Shown: one piece after another, positions 1-12,378 of the stretch
Numbering within the stretch: the stretch's first letter is position 1
Layout: the number at the start of each line of letters is the position of its first letter
Source of the DNA: Puccinia triticina
Taxonomy: Eukaryota
Length of the DNA: 64,000 bases
Direction of reading: 5' to 3'
NCBI GenBank assembly: GCA_026914245.1
Contig: CP110439.1
Location: 8,494,001-8,558,000 of the forward strand
The notes under the pieces: generated by a model
Database searches by the model: none
The model's input: the letters and a program-made list of their open reading frames with translations, nothing else
What the model was told of the DNA's origin: nothing
Translations under genes and position numbers: made by a program

Positions 1-416
1 CTGAGTCAACATCTTCCTGTTTGTTGTTTGAATCCACAAGGGGGCAATCAGTGTGTTCTTCAGATTCTTGCCGACTTCGGTGCCTTTTACGGGTTCGTGT
101 CATTGTTGCGTAGTCGGTACGGGATGGGGGAGACAGTACAGCGGGGGGGAGGGCCTCGACGGATATGAAAAGGGAGACAGGGGGCCCGGTCGGGGCCGGA
201 GATACTGTGCTGCGCGGCCGTGGGCCAACAAGACATACACCCATGGGCGGGTGTGGGCGGGTGTGGCTGTAAATACCCGGGTACCTGCCACATTTCCCTT
301 GGAATCCTAGATATCCGCATCCACATCCGCACCCGTTGGCGGGTACCCGACGGCCCACGCGGGTACCCGCCAGCAGATAGCAGGTACCCGCCCGCGGGTT
401 CGTTTGGCCATCTCTA
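1..416. mobile_element. Right end of a hAT-like DNA transposon or non-autonomous derivative (left part outside window or unclear)
   Basis: Ends ...GTTTGGCCATCTCTA at 416 (reverse complement TAGAGATGGCC, same start as the MITE at 8073). Clustered subterminal GGGTACCCG/ACCCG motifs at 240-400. Copia coding sequence resumes at 417. Confidence 0.6.
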
Positions 417-430
417 GTACTGTACAGCCC

Positions 431-2910
431 CGAACTTAACAAAGTCCCTCGAGACGTCGGGCCCCCGGGGGGTAGGCTGAACTCGCGAAGCGAGCCTCCG
501 TCAGGAGGGACTTACCCCTTATCGCCCAAGACTCGCGTGGCTAGATTGGCATTTTGATGTACTTTTTGCGGAACTATTTATACAGCTCATGTACAGTAGT
601 TAAGTTGCTATGTTTTTGGCTCAGTTTCACCGCAAGATGCTCAACAATGTAAGAAAAAAATAATGGCTGTTCTAGTACAACTGGTGACTCAGTACGAGCG
701 AGAATGTGCAATGGAGCTTTTTTGAAGTTGCCGACTCTGCAAAGCACGGTCCTCCAAAATTATGCCTCAGCTTTTATCACGTGTCGACAGGATCGGAGAA
801 ATGGGTACACCTGCGAGAAAGAACGATTGCGTACAACTTACCAGACAACCAGCACACTCGCTATATTCCCTGCCAACAATGTTGGATAGTGAGTCTAGTT
901 CCAATGCTTCCGACTCGACCACCGCTTCAGAAGAGGAGGACGACCCATGGCCAGCTCCAGCCACAGGCAAAACAAGGTCGCTCACCCTTCCAGAATCAAT
1001 CACAAAACTAGGCCCAGAGGCCTTGTACGACTTAATACAAAATCGTGCTAGGGAGAGGTATGGCAACAAGCCAAAAGATATCCAAATCGCTGCAGTGATG
1101 GACTTGGTGAAGCGTAAAAATTCCTTTGTTCTCGCCGGTACAGGATTTGGGAAAACTCGTATTGCTGAAATGTACTGGGACTTGTTTCCCCAGGGAAAGA
1201 AAGCTGTGGTATTATCTCTCAACCCATTAGACTCTCTCGGGGACAACCAGGTATGCTACATGGTTTCTCATTTGCTGGTTCAAAGAAATATGATTGACAT
1301 TGCCTTCTGAACGAAAAAAGGTTTTAGAAAAAGAAACTGCAAAAAAACCCATAAGCGCTGTCAATCTAACAAAGATGAATCTGACTGAGAGTGTTGCAAA
1401 AAAGATAATCAACGGTGATTACTCATTTGTATACTTGGTGAGTTCTATTAAATGCTAATATGCAAATAATATAAAACTATCGAGTTGTACTGATGTTGTC
1501 TGAATCAATTCAGAGCCCCGAAGTTCTTCTGAATAACGCTTTGTTCCATCAGATCTTCTTCGATGAGAAGTTTCGAGATCGTTTAATTTCAACCGTGGTG
1601 GATGAAGCACACATGGTGTACATCTGGGGATTGGTCGCCAGCGGGAAAGCAAAGAAGATAATCTCGCATCTAAAACATCAAGACCGTGCCATATTTCGCC
1701 CTTTGTATGGGAAGCTGGGGAGTAAATTGGTGTTGACAAATGGAGTGCCTTTACTTCTCCTCTCAGCGACTTGTAGACCTATAGCCATTACTGGAATACT
1801 CAAGAGTCTGAAGCTCACCCGCGAGAATATATCAATTCAGAGAGCCGACTCACTCGGCCCGAAATTCGCATAATTCGTATACCTATGCAGGAGTCGTTGA
1901 CATCTTGCAATGATGTCCTTCGGCTTGATGGCCCTAAAGAACAGACACCTGACGCAAAAGTAGTCCCATCGTTAATATATTCAACCACTCGAGCCCTGAC
2001 CATGCAAGTATTGAAGGTGATGAATGTCGCACGAGACCACAAAAATGGCGAGAACATTGCGAATAGCAGTTTCGCTCGTCGGTATCACTCTTGTACGGGC
2101 GACTTGAGTAAACAAGACACGGTAGATGCTTTCGCAAGCGACAAGTTGGCGGCGGTATTGTGTACAATGGCCCTTGGTCTTGGGCAGAACTGGAAGAGGG
2201 TTCGTATGGTCAGCCATGTTGGCCGAGGCGATCCGGCATCTTTGTTTCAAATGATTGGTCGCTGTGGCCGAGATGGGAAGCCTGGACTTGCAGTCATGTT
2301 TGTCGAGAAAACCCGGAAGAATGGCAAGAATAGCATTGCCGATTTTGATGATTCCGAGGATCAGACAGAAGATGATAGGAATATTATTGTTTTGAGTGGC
2401 CATGACGTTTACGTATGTAGGATCGGATGGTTGCGCAAGAGTGTGTTGAGTTGGTTTATGTAGTTGATGTTAGAAAAATTGTTGACGAGGATTGATTGGC
2501 TGAGGATGGACAATACTCTGAGGTCGATGTATGCTGTGTCGATCAACTGTAACTTTGAAAAAAAGTATGTATATAAGTTGGAAAGCACCGACCGTCTCTG
2601 CAAGTGACTCGGTTGGATTCCAAAGTTTGATTTTCTGAGGAAATTTATTTGGAGCAGAAGGGTTGTCATGATTGCTCGTAGTTTTTGGGGGTAGGACGGG
2701 AAGAAGCCTAGCTTCCACCCAAGATCTTTTATTCCACCAAAAGTCATTATGGCAAGGAATTGTAACGGTTTGAAAATCTGTCCCACCAAAATTCAGAATC
2801 TAGCGCCCGCAAAAAGGGGCGATAAGGCGCAAGTCCCTCCTGCCGAGGGCTGTCGGAGGCTTGCTTCGCAAGACACACGCCCGCAGCAGCGAGGGACTGT
2901 GTTAAGTTAG
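431..2910. mobile_element. AcademH-type DNA transposon carrying a RecQ-like helicase, internally deleted
   Basis: 21-bp TIRs with 2 mismatches (CGAACTTAACAAAGTCCCTCG / CTAACTTAACACAGTCCCTCG). Perfect 9-bp TSD GTACAGCCC at 422-430 and 2911-2919. SF2 helicase gene inside. Confidence 0.85.
879..2380 (+). pseudogene. RecQ-like DEAH-box SF2 helicase (transposon-encoded), frameshifted and C-terminally truncated
   Basis: Motifs AGTGFGKT, VVDEAH, LLLSAT, TMALGLGQNW, QMIGRCGRDG. Introns ~1251-1320 and ~1438-1513. Frameshift near 1848. Helicase-like sequence stops after EDDR (~2378). Confidence 0.85.
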
Positions 2911-4924
2911 GTACAGCCCAGAAATGAAGGGGACTCTGCTCAGCCTCGGCCAACTTATTGAATCCGGTTTCTGTTCTCGGTTTTTGGAAAACAACAACAT
3001 TGTTTTGACATCTTCATTTCTCACTATCACGGCTTATTATCACAACTGCTCATGGTTCATCTTCCCCAATTCATTTCAATCGTCTTTCCCTCTTATTAAA
3101 TCTGTCTCAACGTCCTCCCCACCTACAACATCACCTTCGTATGACTGGCACTGTCGGCTGGGTCACATCTCGGATGTCATCGTTAAACAATATCTAAAGA
3201 GATTCATTCCTTCTTTCGACATAAAAGCTTGGACACCATTTATCTGCGAGACGTGCAAAGAGTGCAAAAGTGAAAGACAACAGCACTCTCTCCCTGAAAC
3301 AATTCCCAAGGATAAACGTCTTGATCTCTTAGTCACCGATGTACTTGGACCGCTCGATTCCGACATTCATGGTAACCGATTTTTACTCACGGTTTGGGAC
3401 CATGCGACCACTTATTCATTTGTCTTCCCTATGAAAAACCGGTCTGAAGTCCCGCAAATCATCACATCTCTTGTTAAAAAAATTGTTTCTCATTTTGGCT
3501 TGGCGCCGAAATTTATCCGCTGCGACATCGCCAGGCAAGCAGGTGCTGGTGGAAACATTTCAAGGGACTACTTCAGGGGTGGGGTTTTGATTGCAACAAG
3601 GTGGAAGAATGTTTGTACCAATATCAAAAGGGACCGTCAATCATCGTCATTTGGATACATGTTGATGACGGCATTGTATTCAGCAACAAAGACTTAACTT
3701 TACATCAACTCCAACAAAATCTAGAGGGTAATCTACGAATGAAGTGGAATTCGCAACCAGAAAAACTGGTTGGTATCAAGATCAATTACAAACACGATGG
3801 AATATTTCTCAGTCAACCACTACTGATAGATCAAACATTGAAGAAGTTTCAAGCTCAAGTACAACCTTCAATCATTCCAACGTATACTCCGCTGATAGAC
3901 AACAAAATGACCACTTCGACTGGAGATCCTGTTCTACCGACATTGTATCAATCGCTAATCGGATCACTCAACTACATAGCTTTGGGTTCAAGACCTGACT
4001 TGAGTTTTGCGGTAAATTTTCTTGTGCGTTTCAGTTCTAATCCGGATGAGACGCATTGGAAAGGTCTAAAACACCTTGTTCAATACTTGGCAACGACACG
4101 ACACAAACGCCTCAAGATGGAAAACTCTAACGATCAACTGGTAACATGGTCTGATGCGAACTGGGGTGGCGAGTTCCAGCGATCAACGTCAGGATTCATC
4201 ATCAAATTTTTGGTAAGTCCCATTGCATGGGGTTCTTGACGTCAGAAGGTCGTTGCGACGTCAACTTGTGCTGCGGAATTCATATCAATTGGTTTGGTGG
4301 TTGATTTCCTGCTCTTCCTCATTCCCATTGTTTGATCCCTCAACATTAATCCCAGTTTAGTGCTGAAATGTGACAATCGCGCCGCTGTCCTTGTTTCTGA
4401 TGACAACGCCTTGAAAGGCAGAATGAAGAGCCTCGAACGGAATTTTTTCTTTGTCAATGATGCGGTCCGCAAACATAACATTAGACTTGATTGGGTATCC
4501 ACTTCCAACAACATAGCTGATTTTTTCACTAAACCTCTCTGTGCCAATCTTCACTCAATCTCAATCCATAAAATATTCACATAGTTTGTTTTCAATTTTT
4601 TTCCTTCTTTCATTATTATCCCTTCTCAATCTTTATCATATCTCACATTTGTTTTTTTTTCATTTCTTTCTCATCATGTATTTACTGGAGTGGAGTTTGA
4701 GGGGGGGGGGGGGGGGTGTTGTAGTATGGGGTGTGCAAACTCCATATTTGGAGCATGTGGGAGTCAAGAGGAGGTCAAGGTGGAGCAATGCATCTTTAAG
4801 GGTTTTTTGATCACAACACAAACAACCATTGACTGTTGGACCTTGGCCAACATTGGTTCCTTCCCACCAGGTGCTTTTGAAGCATAAGAGTAGAATTTTT
4901 GCTAATCCCTGCAGATCCTGATCA

Positions 4925-7669
4925 ATGACTGATAATGATTTGACAAATCACACTAGCAGCTGCAGAATCATGGCAAATGAAAACAATCCTACCCCAAAAA
5001 ATCTGCAATCAAGACGTAAATCCATTGGAGTTAACCAATCAGAGACAGCCAGTTCTTTTTTCAGTCCACCCGATTTGAAAGGAAAACATACCTGCTTCAT
5101 TGAGAACTGTGGCAATGCGCTAGTGGAAAACAAGACAACTAAGGCAAATTTTGTGAACTACATTGCTTGTAAGCACCCTGGCAAATGGAAACTTGCACTG
5201 GAAGCATCTGAAATTGCCAAAGACAGCATTGAAACTCCCCCCAGTTGTGGTAGCCCGGCCCCTTATCAGCCAACGCCAACATCTAAAGCCAAAGGACCCC
5301 TCTAAAATATCATGCTCAAGACTCAGCAGTCCAACTTTGAATCTAATCTTGTCAACTGGATCATTGAAGACCAGCTATCTTACGCAAAAATAAAAAACCC
5401 CAAATTCATCAAGATGTCTGATGATCCAAGGAATTGATCCAGGCATCACCATCTTCAGCAAAAATACAGTTTCTCGGCAAATCAAGGCGCTGTGCGCAGA
5501 TAATAAGCCTGTAGTGTTTAGCTTCTTGAAAAGCAAATCCAAGTGCTTTTCTTTCACGACTGATATCTGGTCCTCAGCTGGCGGAACCCCTTCCATCTCC
5601 CTTACTTGTCATTTCATCTCAAAAGATTGGAAGGCTATTTCAGCCACGATTGGCTTCAAACCCTTCCAAGAAAGTCACACTGGCACCAACATCCACGACA
5701 AACTCCTCCAGATCCTCCAGGAGTTTTTTTGCCATCACAAACTTGATGTGGATGAATTGACTTCAAAAAAAAAGAAAACTGATTGAAGTCAACGGTGGGC
5801 CGCTACGCTAAACTATCCGTAGCGTGCGCTATCCGCTAGTTTAGCGTTGCGTAGTTCCTGACACATTGCCGTTAGTTGTAGCGCCCGCTACGGGCCGCTA
5901 CGCTACGCTAACGGGCGCTAACAGCGCTATCAGCCTTTTCAGCGGTTGAATAGCACTGCTAGCGCTGATAGCGGCGATAGAGGCCCTGTAGTTTCAAGGG
6001 GTGCCTGTTAGCGGTAGCGGGCAATCACTGCCCGCTAACGGAAAACCCTGTCATTTGTAGTTTAGATCCTCTACACTGCGCTGAACTACGGACTAAATGT
6101 AGCGTAGCGGCCCACCGTCAATGAAGTTGATGATACTTCAGACAAAAAATCTTGTGCTTCTGAATCCAATACCAATTAATGAAGATGAAAATAGCCAACC
6201 TGAGGAGAAAAAAGCTCTATCCTGGCGAAGTGGATCTCTCTTATCTCAGAAAGCAATTCATATCAATCACTTTGGAAAATGCTTCAAACAACAATGAATT
6301 TATCCAGACTGCCCTCAACACCAAACTGCTGATCACTCCTGAAGCTCACATCAGATGCTTCGCCCACAACCTCAACCTTGCGGCGAATGAAGTTCTCCGC
6401 ATTGTCAAGCCTTCATTAACTAAACTTTGAGCAGTTGTTTTACATATCCAACAGTCCAATCAAGTGTATAGCTTGTTTCAGGTGCTCTGCAAGGAAAAAG
6501 TTGTAAAAGAATCAAGGCCAATCATCAACAACGCCACACACTGGAATTCAACATTTAACATGCTTGATCTTGCTCTTATTCAAAGACCGGCAATTGAAGA
6601 CCTTCTCGCCTCTTGCAAGAAAACTAACCGATCTAGTCAAAAGAAGAAAAGCAAGAAATCTAATTCAAAGAAAAAGGGTAAAAGTAGCTCTGGCAAATCT
6701 CAAATTCTTGATGCGGTGTGTGATGTTCATGATAAGAAAACTCAAGATCTGGCCAGTAATTCCTTCAGATTTTCAATTTATTTGGTGTCACTCAGTCTCT
6801 GCTTGCTTGCTAAATAATATATTTCTTCTATGTAACAGGAAGTCATCCAGGATGACAATTGGAACCTTTTTGAGTGGATTCATTCATTCTTGGAGAAGTT
6901 CCAACAGGCATCAATTGACACCCAGGGCGAATTCTATGGGACTCTGACAATTGTGATCCCGTGGTACAAGGCATTGCTTGACCACTGAAACAAAACAATA
7001 AAGAAGTTCACAAAATCCCGCCGCACATCAAGATTGGTCATGATTGAAGCAGCTAAGACCGCTAATGACAAGCTTCAAGGCTACTATTCAGTCTACTCCC
7101 AACACTCTATACTCGCTGTTGTTTTGGATCCACGTTTCAAGCTCACTCTATTCAAACAAACACTTGATTCTGACAGCAACAATATGAATAGAAATGGCGA
7201 CACTCAGATTGAGTCCAACGACAAAGCAATGAGAGTTTTACAAGCGGCATTCAATGATTACTCAGCGAAGTTTTCCCTCAAGAAGAAATCAAAAAATGAT
7301 CAATCACTTTCTGAATTGGTTTCCACAAAGACAAAAGACAAGCTTCAGTTCCACCCATTACACAAATACAAGAAGATATCAAAGCAGGCTCCAACCAATG
7401 AAATTTTAACCTATCTGCAGATGCCTGAACCACCTTTCAAGAAAGACATCATCAAGTGGTGGAAAGATAATCATTTTGTGCTTCCAATGCTCTCGATGAT
7501 AGCCAAGGACTTCCTTGTAATTCCGGCCGGTTCAGCAGCAAGTGAGCGGGTTTTCTCTCAGTCAGGTAATCTAGTTGCTGTAAAAAGGCTTTCTCTCTCC
7601 GGAGACTTGGTTGAATCTAACATGTGTATGCGATCTTGGCTACAAGGAAATTTACTTAATAAGGCATAG
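4925..7669 (+). pseudogene. hAT-family transposase with degenerate BED finger, multiple stops and frameshifts
   Basis: TTDIWSS, HIRCFAHNLNL, ATHWNST, LDPRFK and the dimerisation motif IPAGSAASERVFS spread over several ORFs. Possible left TIR-like TATGGGGTGTGCAAAC near 4725. Right TIR not found. Confidence 0.88.
5793..6117. mobile_element. MITE inserted in the hAT transposase
   Basis: TIR CGGTGGGCCGCTACGCTA / TAGCGTAGCGGCCCACCG. TCAA duplicated on both sides (or CA if the TIR is one base longer). Rich in CGCTA/TAGCG motifs. Removal restores I-E-V-N-E-V-D-D codons. Confidence 0.85.
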
Positions 7670-7959
7670 TAGTCCATTCAAAGTGACAACTAGTTTTCAT
7701 TTTTTTCTTCTCAATTGTTTATGAACTTTTCCTCTCCAAAATCTACATATAATAGTAAATACACACCAAGTTGAATAAAAATAGGTCTTAAATGAAATGC
7801 ATGACTGTCTGAATTGAATTCTGGATTCTCAGCAACTCATAAAAAATCCACAAGTGTCTTTTTTGTGTTTTTGGAAATTTTTGGGAGTTTTGCAGTCAAA
7901 TATCTCCAAATATTTGACGGGCCCAAAAAACGCATCAAATACCACCGTGCTATGGTCTG

Positions 7960-8350
7960 CTCTTCAATGACCGGTCAGCCGGTCATCAAAGAGCCTAAAA
8001 CTTCTTGATGACCTGTCAGCCGGTCATTGAAGAGGCTACACTCTTGATGACCGGCTGACCGTTCATCAAAGATAGAGATGGCACTTGGCACCCGCCACAC
8101 TTCAGCACATAATTCTATGCGCTTGTATGTACCCATTACGGGTGTGCAGCTCCCTGCATGTATTTTTACTAAAATGGAACCCCTGACACCCGCCATGGGC
8201 GCCTGCAGGCGCATAGAATTATGTGCTGAAGTGTGACGGGTACCCACCGGCGGGTGCCAAGTGCCATCTCTAATCAAAAGGGATACAACCTCTTGATAAC
8301 CATCAAAGAGGATCAAGGCTCTCAATGAACGGTCAGCCGGCCATCAAAGT
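7960..8350. repeat. Degenerate ~39-bp tandem palindromic repeat (TCTTGATGACCGGTCAGCCGGTCATCAAAGA-like), split by a MITE
   Basis: Related self-complementary units at ~7961, 8003, 8042, 8290 and 8320. Confidence 0.7.
8073..8272. mobile_element. 200-bp hAT-type MITE
   Basis: Perfect 24-bp TIR TAGAGATGGCACTTGGCACCCGCC plus an inner inverted repeat (ACACTTCAGCACATAATTCTATGCGC). Flanks ATCAAAGA / ATCAAAAG are an imperfect 8-bp TSD. Confidence 0.85.
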
Positions 8351-10076
8351 TGATACCGGGGTACCTGTTCCTGGAGTGGCACCTGGGTACCTCTCCCTCT
8401 GCACCCAGTGTGGTGATGAATACGGGCGCGGGGCGCCAGAGCGGCCGGTGGGGTTTCCAGGTGTGCGGTGCTGCGGAGGAAAGGGGCTACGTATGCCCTA
8501 GGTACGGTGCGGATTAGAGTTGCGGAAGTGGGGTGCATTACTTGAGCACGGAGTGGCGGAGTTGCGGCGTGCGGAGCGGAGCAGGCTGCGCAGTCCAGGC
8601 AGTCCAGCGCGGACTTTCTAGTAGTGGCGCGGAGCTGGGGGAATTCGCGGCAGCTGAAGGGGGCGCAGCTGGGGCGGAGGCGGCGAGTAGGATTGCAAGC
8701 CTCCGGAAGCTAGGCAGGGGCGTGGATGATGGATGCGGAGGAGTTTGGCGGCTGTCTACGGCGAGCAGCAGAAGCGCAGAAAACGGCGTGGGAGCGGCGG
8801 TGACGGCGTGCGTAGGATGGGAGGAGGATCTGTTTTCTATTTGTTATTTGTTATTCCCATTTCTATGAGGTTATGAGATGCAGAGGGAGTTTCTTTGTAC
8901 GGCGGAGGGAGGAGGAGTTTTCTTTTCACTTACGCACTTACTTACGGAGGAGGGGGGGGATCATCATCATCTCCCATCATCATTGGGGGGGATTGTTTTT
9001 ACTTTACGGATTTTACTTCTTCTTTGTGGTTACGGATGCGGGGGATGTGATTGCGGTTCTTTTACGGCGTTATTGATAGGTTTATTGGGGTTTTAACTGG
9101 TTTTACTGGATTAATTTCTTTGGTATTCTCATTGGTTTTTTGCAGCTTTCATCTTGAGCGGAGTTTCCTGGAGTACTTATACTCCACCAAGTTTGGAGAG
9201 AACCCTTAATAAACTCGGGAATCCTGCGGGAGGAATGGCGCTGTGGTCATTATGTGACGGAGCACCACTTTCTTTCACCACACCGGGTACCTCCCATGGC
9301 GGGTGCCGGGTGTGGGTGCGGGTGTGAGGAATTTGTGAAAAAAGGGGGGTACCTGCACCCGCCACAGATACCCGGGTGCCATATGGCATCTTGAGTGTGG
9401 GCTAACTACCTGGGATTATGATTGGAATAAGGTAATCCAGATGAACAACCACATTAGTCAGATTATAACTTATGATTTCATGTGAGTAAGTGTGAGCCTG
9501 TGTCTCTTATGTGACAGCAGGACACAAGAAAAGAAGGGGTACTTTTTGGATTTCTTGGGATAAAGAAATACAAACAGAGAGAGAGAGGAGGAAATAGAAA
9601 GAGCAAGGGAAATAGAATGATCAGGCCTATTTTAAGTCTTTGATTATGATCTGGGCTATTCTCAACCTCGAAAAGTTGGATGCCAGCTGTGCAAGGCCAA
9701 GAGAGTTCAACAGCCTCCACTCACAACAAGGGAACATTGGTGAGAATCAGAAGTATAGTTACTACTCTGCTCTGGTTTTTGAGGTCTTAAAAATAGATAA
9801 CCTTTGATCTTAGATGGGTGATCTTAGATGGGTTGAAGTGTTGAGAGAAACAGGTGAAAAAGATTCAAGAGCAACAGAGTTTCACTCTGAGATAAACAAG
9901 TTCAGTGAAAGAGGGTAATTACTGTCAATATACTGTGGTGATACTGGGAGTGAAGTGGCCTCTGTTTAAGGATCCTGGGGTGTCTCTGGGTGTGTTTATG
10001 GTGTGCTGAAGTCTGTGGATCCCTCTGATGCATGGGGGATCCTCACTTCAAAAAATTTCACAGTTTGCTTATGTAA

Positions 10077-11476
10077 CAATGGTGAAACACTTTTGCCACA
10101 GAAAGCGCAGCACAGCACAAAGCAAAGTGCTTTTTGGCCTGGCTACTCTGCACTATTTTGTAGCTTATTTTGGCTACAATTGGGCCAAGCCCATAGCTTT
10201 TCAAAATTGTAGCCACTATTTTTAGCCATAAAATAGTGCAAAAGCGCTGCGCTACCGCTAAAAAGGGCGCGCTGCGCTACATTATAGCACTTTTAAAGCA
10301 CTTTTCAAAAGTTTTTTTCCGGTGGTGGGAAGGGGGGGGGGGGGGGGGGAAGCTGTGCTGTGCTATATTATAGTGCTTTTTTATGCATTTTCTCTGGTGG
10401 TGGGAAAGACATTTAAGTGACAGGCTACAGCCCACCTGTCCGGGTCCTTCTCCCAAGGCATAGAATTACAAGCGGGGATGATTGAACCCATCTTTATCCT
10501 CATTTTTGTCCATTCGCTTCTGAGATAAAACATGATTGTTCTTGTGGTCAGATTTCTGATTTAAGTCTACGGTTACGTCCTGGCCTGTCCAGCTAGCCAC
10601 CTGTTTGACAAAGGATGTGGCCTATAAACAAAACAGATGTGCAGATGAGATCAGAAAAAATTCAAGCCAGCCATCGTGTGGAGAGAAAGGCAGAGAGCTT
10701 ACATTTTGAGCTGCACGTCTCTTAGCGGGGCCCTTTTTTGGGGCACTGACATTGTCGGCAGCATCCATGATTTCCAGATCGCTTTTTTCATCCTCTGGGA
10801 TTGGAACTTTTCACTTGACTTTTGGGACCAGAGGGACAAGTGCTTGGCAAGAATCGCATTGAGTGGCAATAAATCCTGGGCAAGAGCTTAAGGTGCGCAT
10901 GCAAGAAGATTTGCAGCAGGTCAATTGAGTTTCATTGCTCTGGAGGATTGTAGTATTCAGAGGAGTAGATGGTGCTTTGTCATTGTCAGTGTTTGTGTTG
11001 GTCATATTGGAAGAAACAGATTTGACAGATTTTTGAGGGCAGAAATGTATGGGGGAGGTTGAGAGCAAGAAAGTGGTGGTCATGACCAAACAATGAAGTG
11101 CTACCAATGACCAGTGGAGATGGTGGGTGTACATGAGCCAGAGCGGGTGTGGGTGAGCAAGGGGTATCTATGAATAACCATGCATATGAGGTAGGCCACC
11201 TGTAGCCCCTGGGAGCTCCCTATAGCGCAGTGAGTCTGCTGTGGTGCTACACTTTTGTGGCGCTCAAATAGTGCAAATAAAGCGTTTTTTGCGCTGCGCT
11301 GCGCTATTTTGTAGCAAAAGTGCAGCTTTTTGCGCTTTTCCCCTGGGCAAAAAGTGCCAATGAGCTACATTTAGCCGTAGCGCAGCGCTACATCTTTTTG
11401 GGAGGTTCACATAGCGCATACCCGCTGCGCTGCGCTGAAAAGGGCGCTTGTAGCGCAGCATAGATTTTCACCATTG
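10077..11476. mobile_element. Non-autonomous hAT-like element
   Basis: TIR CAATGGTGAAA / TTTCACCATTG. Subterminal GCGCTGCGCTA-type repeats at both ends. Flanks TATGTAA / TATTTAA are an imperfect duplication. Confidence 0.6.
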
Positions 11477-11547
11477 TATTTAATTACATATGTACAAATG
11501 GTTGGCGTGCCTGGCAGTTCTTACATGTCACTACTGCCCATGCGCAC

Positions 11548-12094
11548 CTAGCTTAACAAAGCCTCTCGGGCGGAGTGTCTGGGGGAGCCCGCCCGGAGGG
11601 CTCTCCACAGGAGAGGCTTATTAGTTATGTCTTGGTTTAAGCAGGAGCAGAAAGGATCTACTACACTACAAATCCCAACTAATATAAAAAAACTGAATAT
11701 ACAGAGTTTTAGGTTCTGTTCTTGCAAGGAATTTGAGCCACTTATCTATCTTGTAGCCAGAAAAACAACTCCTGGATTCCCAAACAAGTAAAGCCTAATT
11801 TGGAAGACTTGTGCATTTTTGATCTTTTGAAAAGGTCAACAGATTGTGATAGAAAAAATCTGAGTATAACAAATTGTAGTGAAAGAAAAGTAGCATAGGG
11901 TACAGATAGGGCATATTGGTGGAGAGGCTGGGGGAGGAGCTATATAAATTCCAAAAACCTCTCAGCCAAATGAACTTTCTGCTCCCGCGTAAAATTTGGG
12001 ATAATGCACAAGTCCTCCCTGCGGGAGGGGCGGCTTTGCCGCCAGGCTGAAGCCACAGCAAGCCTCCCGCCAGGGGGGACTTGTGTTAAGTTAG
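11548..12094. mobile_element. Non-autonomous AcademH-type element
   Basis: Ends CTAGCTTAACAAAG... and ...CTTGTGTTAAGTTAG. Perfect 9-bp TSD CATGCGCAC at 11539-11547 and 12095-12103. Confidence 0.85.
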
Positions 12095-12177
12095 CATGCG
12101 CACTGCAACTCAAGAACTCAGGGAAGGAGTAGAGCTAAAAAGAAATAGTGAGTTTTAACTAGAGTTATATTGCATTA

Positions 12178-12378
12178 GGGGGGTTCACAATTGAATTTTA
12201 CTAAAATTTGGAGCCAAATTTAAGGCCTTTATGATTTTTTTTTAAAAATTTTGGTAAAATGCACAGCAGCAGGTGATACTGATCAATCAGTGCAGTTTAT
12301 CAATTTTTTTAAAAAAAATGTTCATAAACACCTTAAAATGTGTCACAAAGTTTTGTAAATTTCAATTGTGAACCCCCC
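12178..12378. mobile_element. PIF/Harbinger-like MITE
   Basis: TIR GGGGGGTTCACAATTGAA / TTCAATTGTGAACCCCCC with long imperfect internal symmetry. TTA on the left flank. Right TSD unclear. Confidence 0.7.

Larger units (their letters stand above)
417..4721 (+). mobile_element. Ty1/Copia LTR retrotransposon relic (pol region), interrupted by the 431-2910 element
   Basis: WHCRLGH (GAG-pre-integrase), integrase TDVLGP...FIRCD, RT IWIHVDD and LIGSLNY...RPDLSFAV, RNase H WSDANWGG, STCAAEF, NIADFFTKPL. Polypurine tract 4699-4716 followed by TGTTG at 4717. In-frame stops. Confidence 0.92.

Noticed and set aside
879..2380. Host RecQ/SGS1 gene
   Set aside because: It lies between TIRs with a 9-bp TSD inside a Copia ORF, and is frameshifted and truncated.
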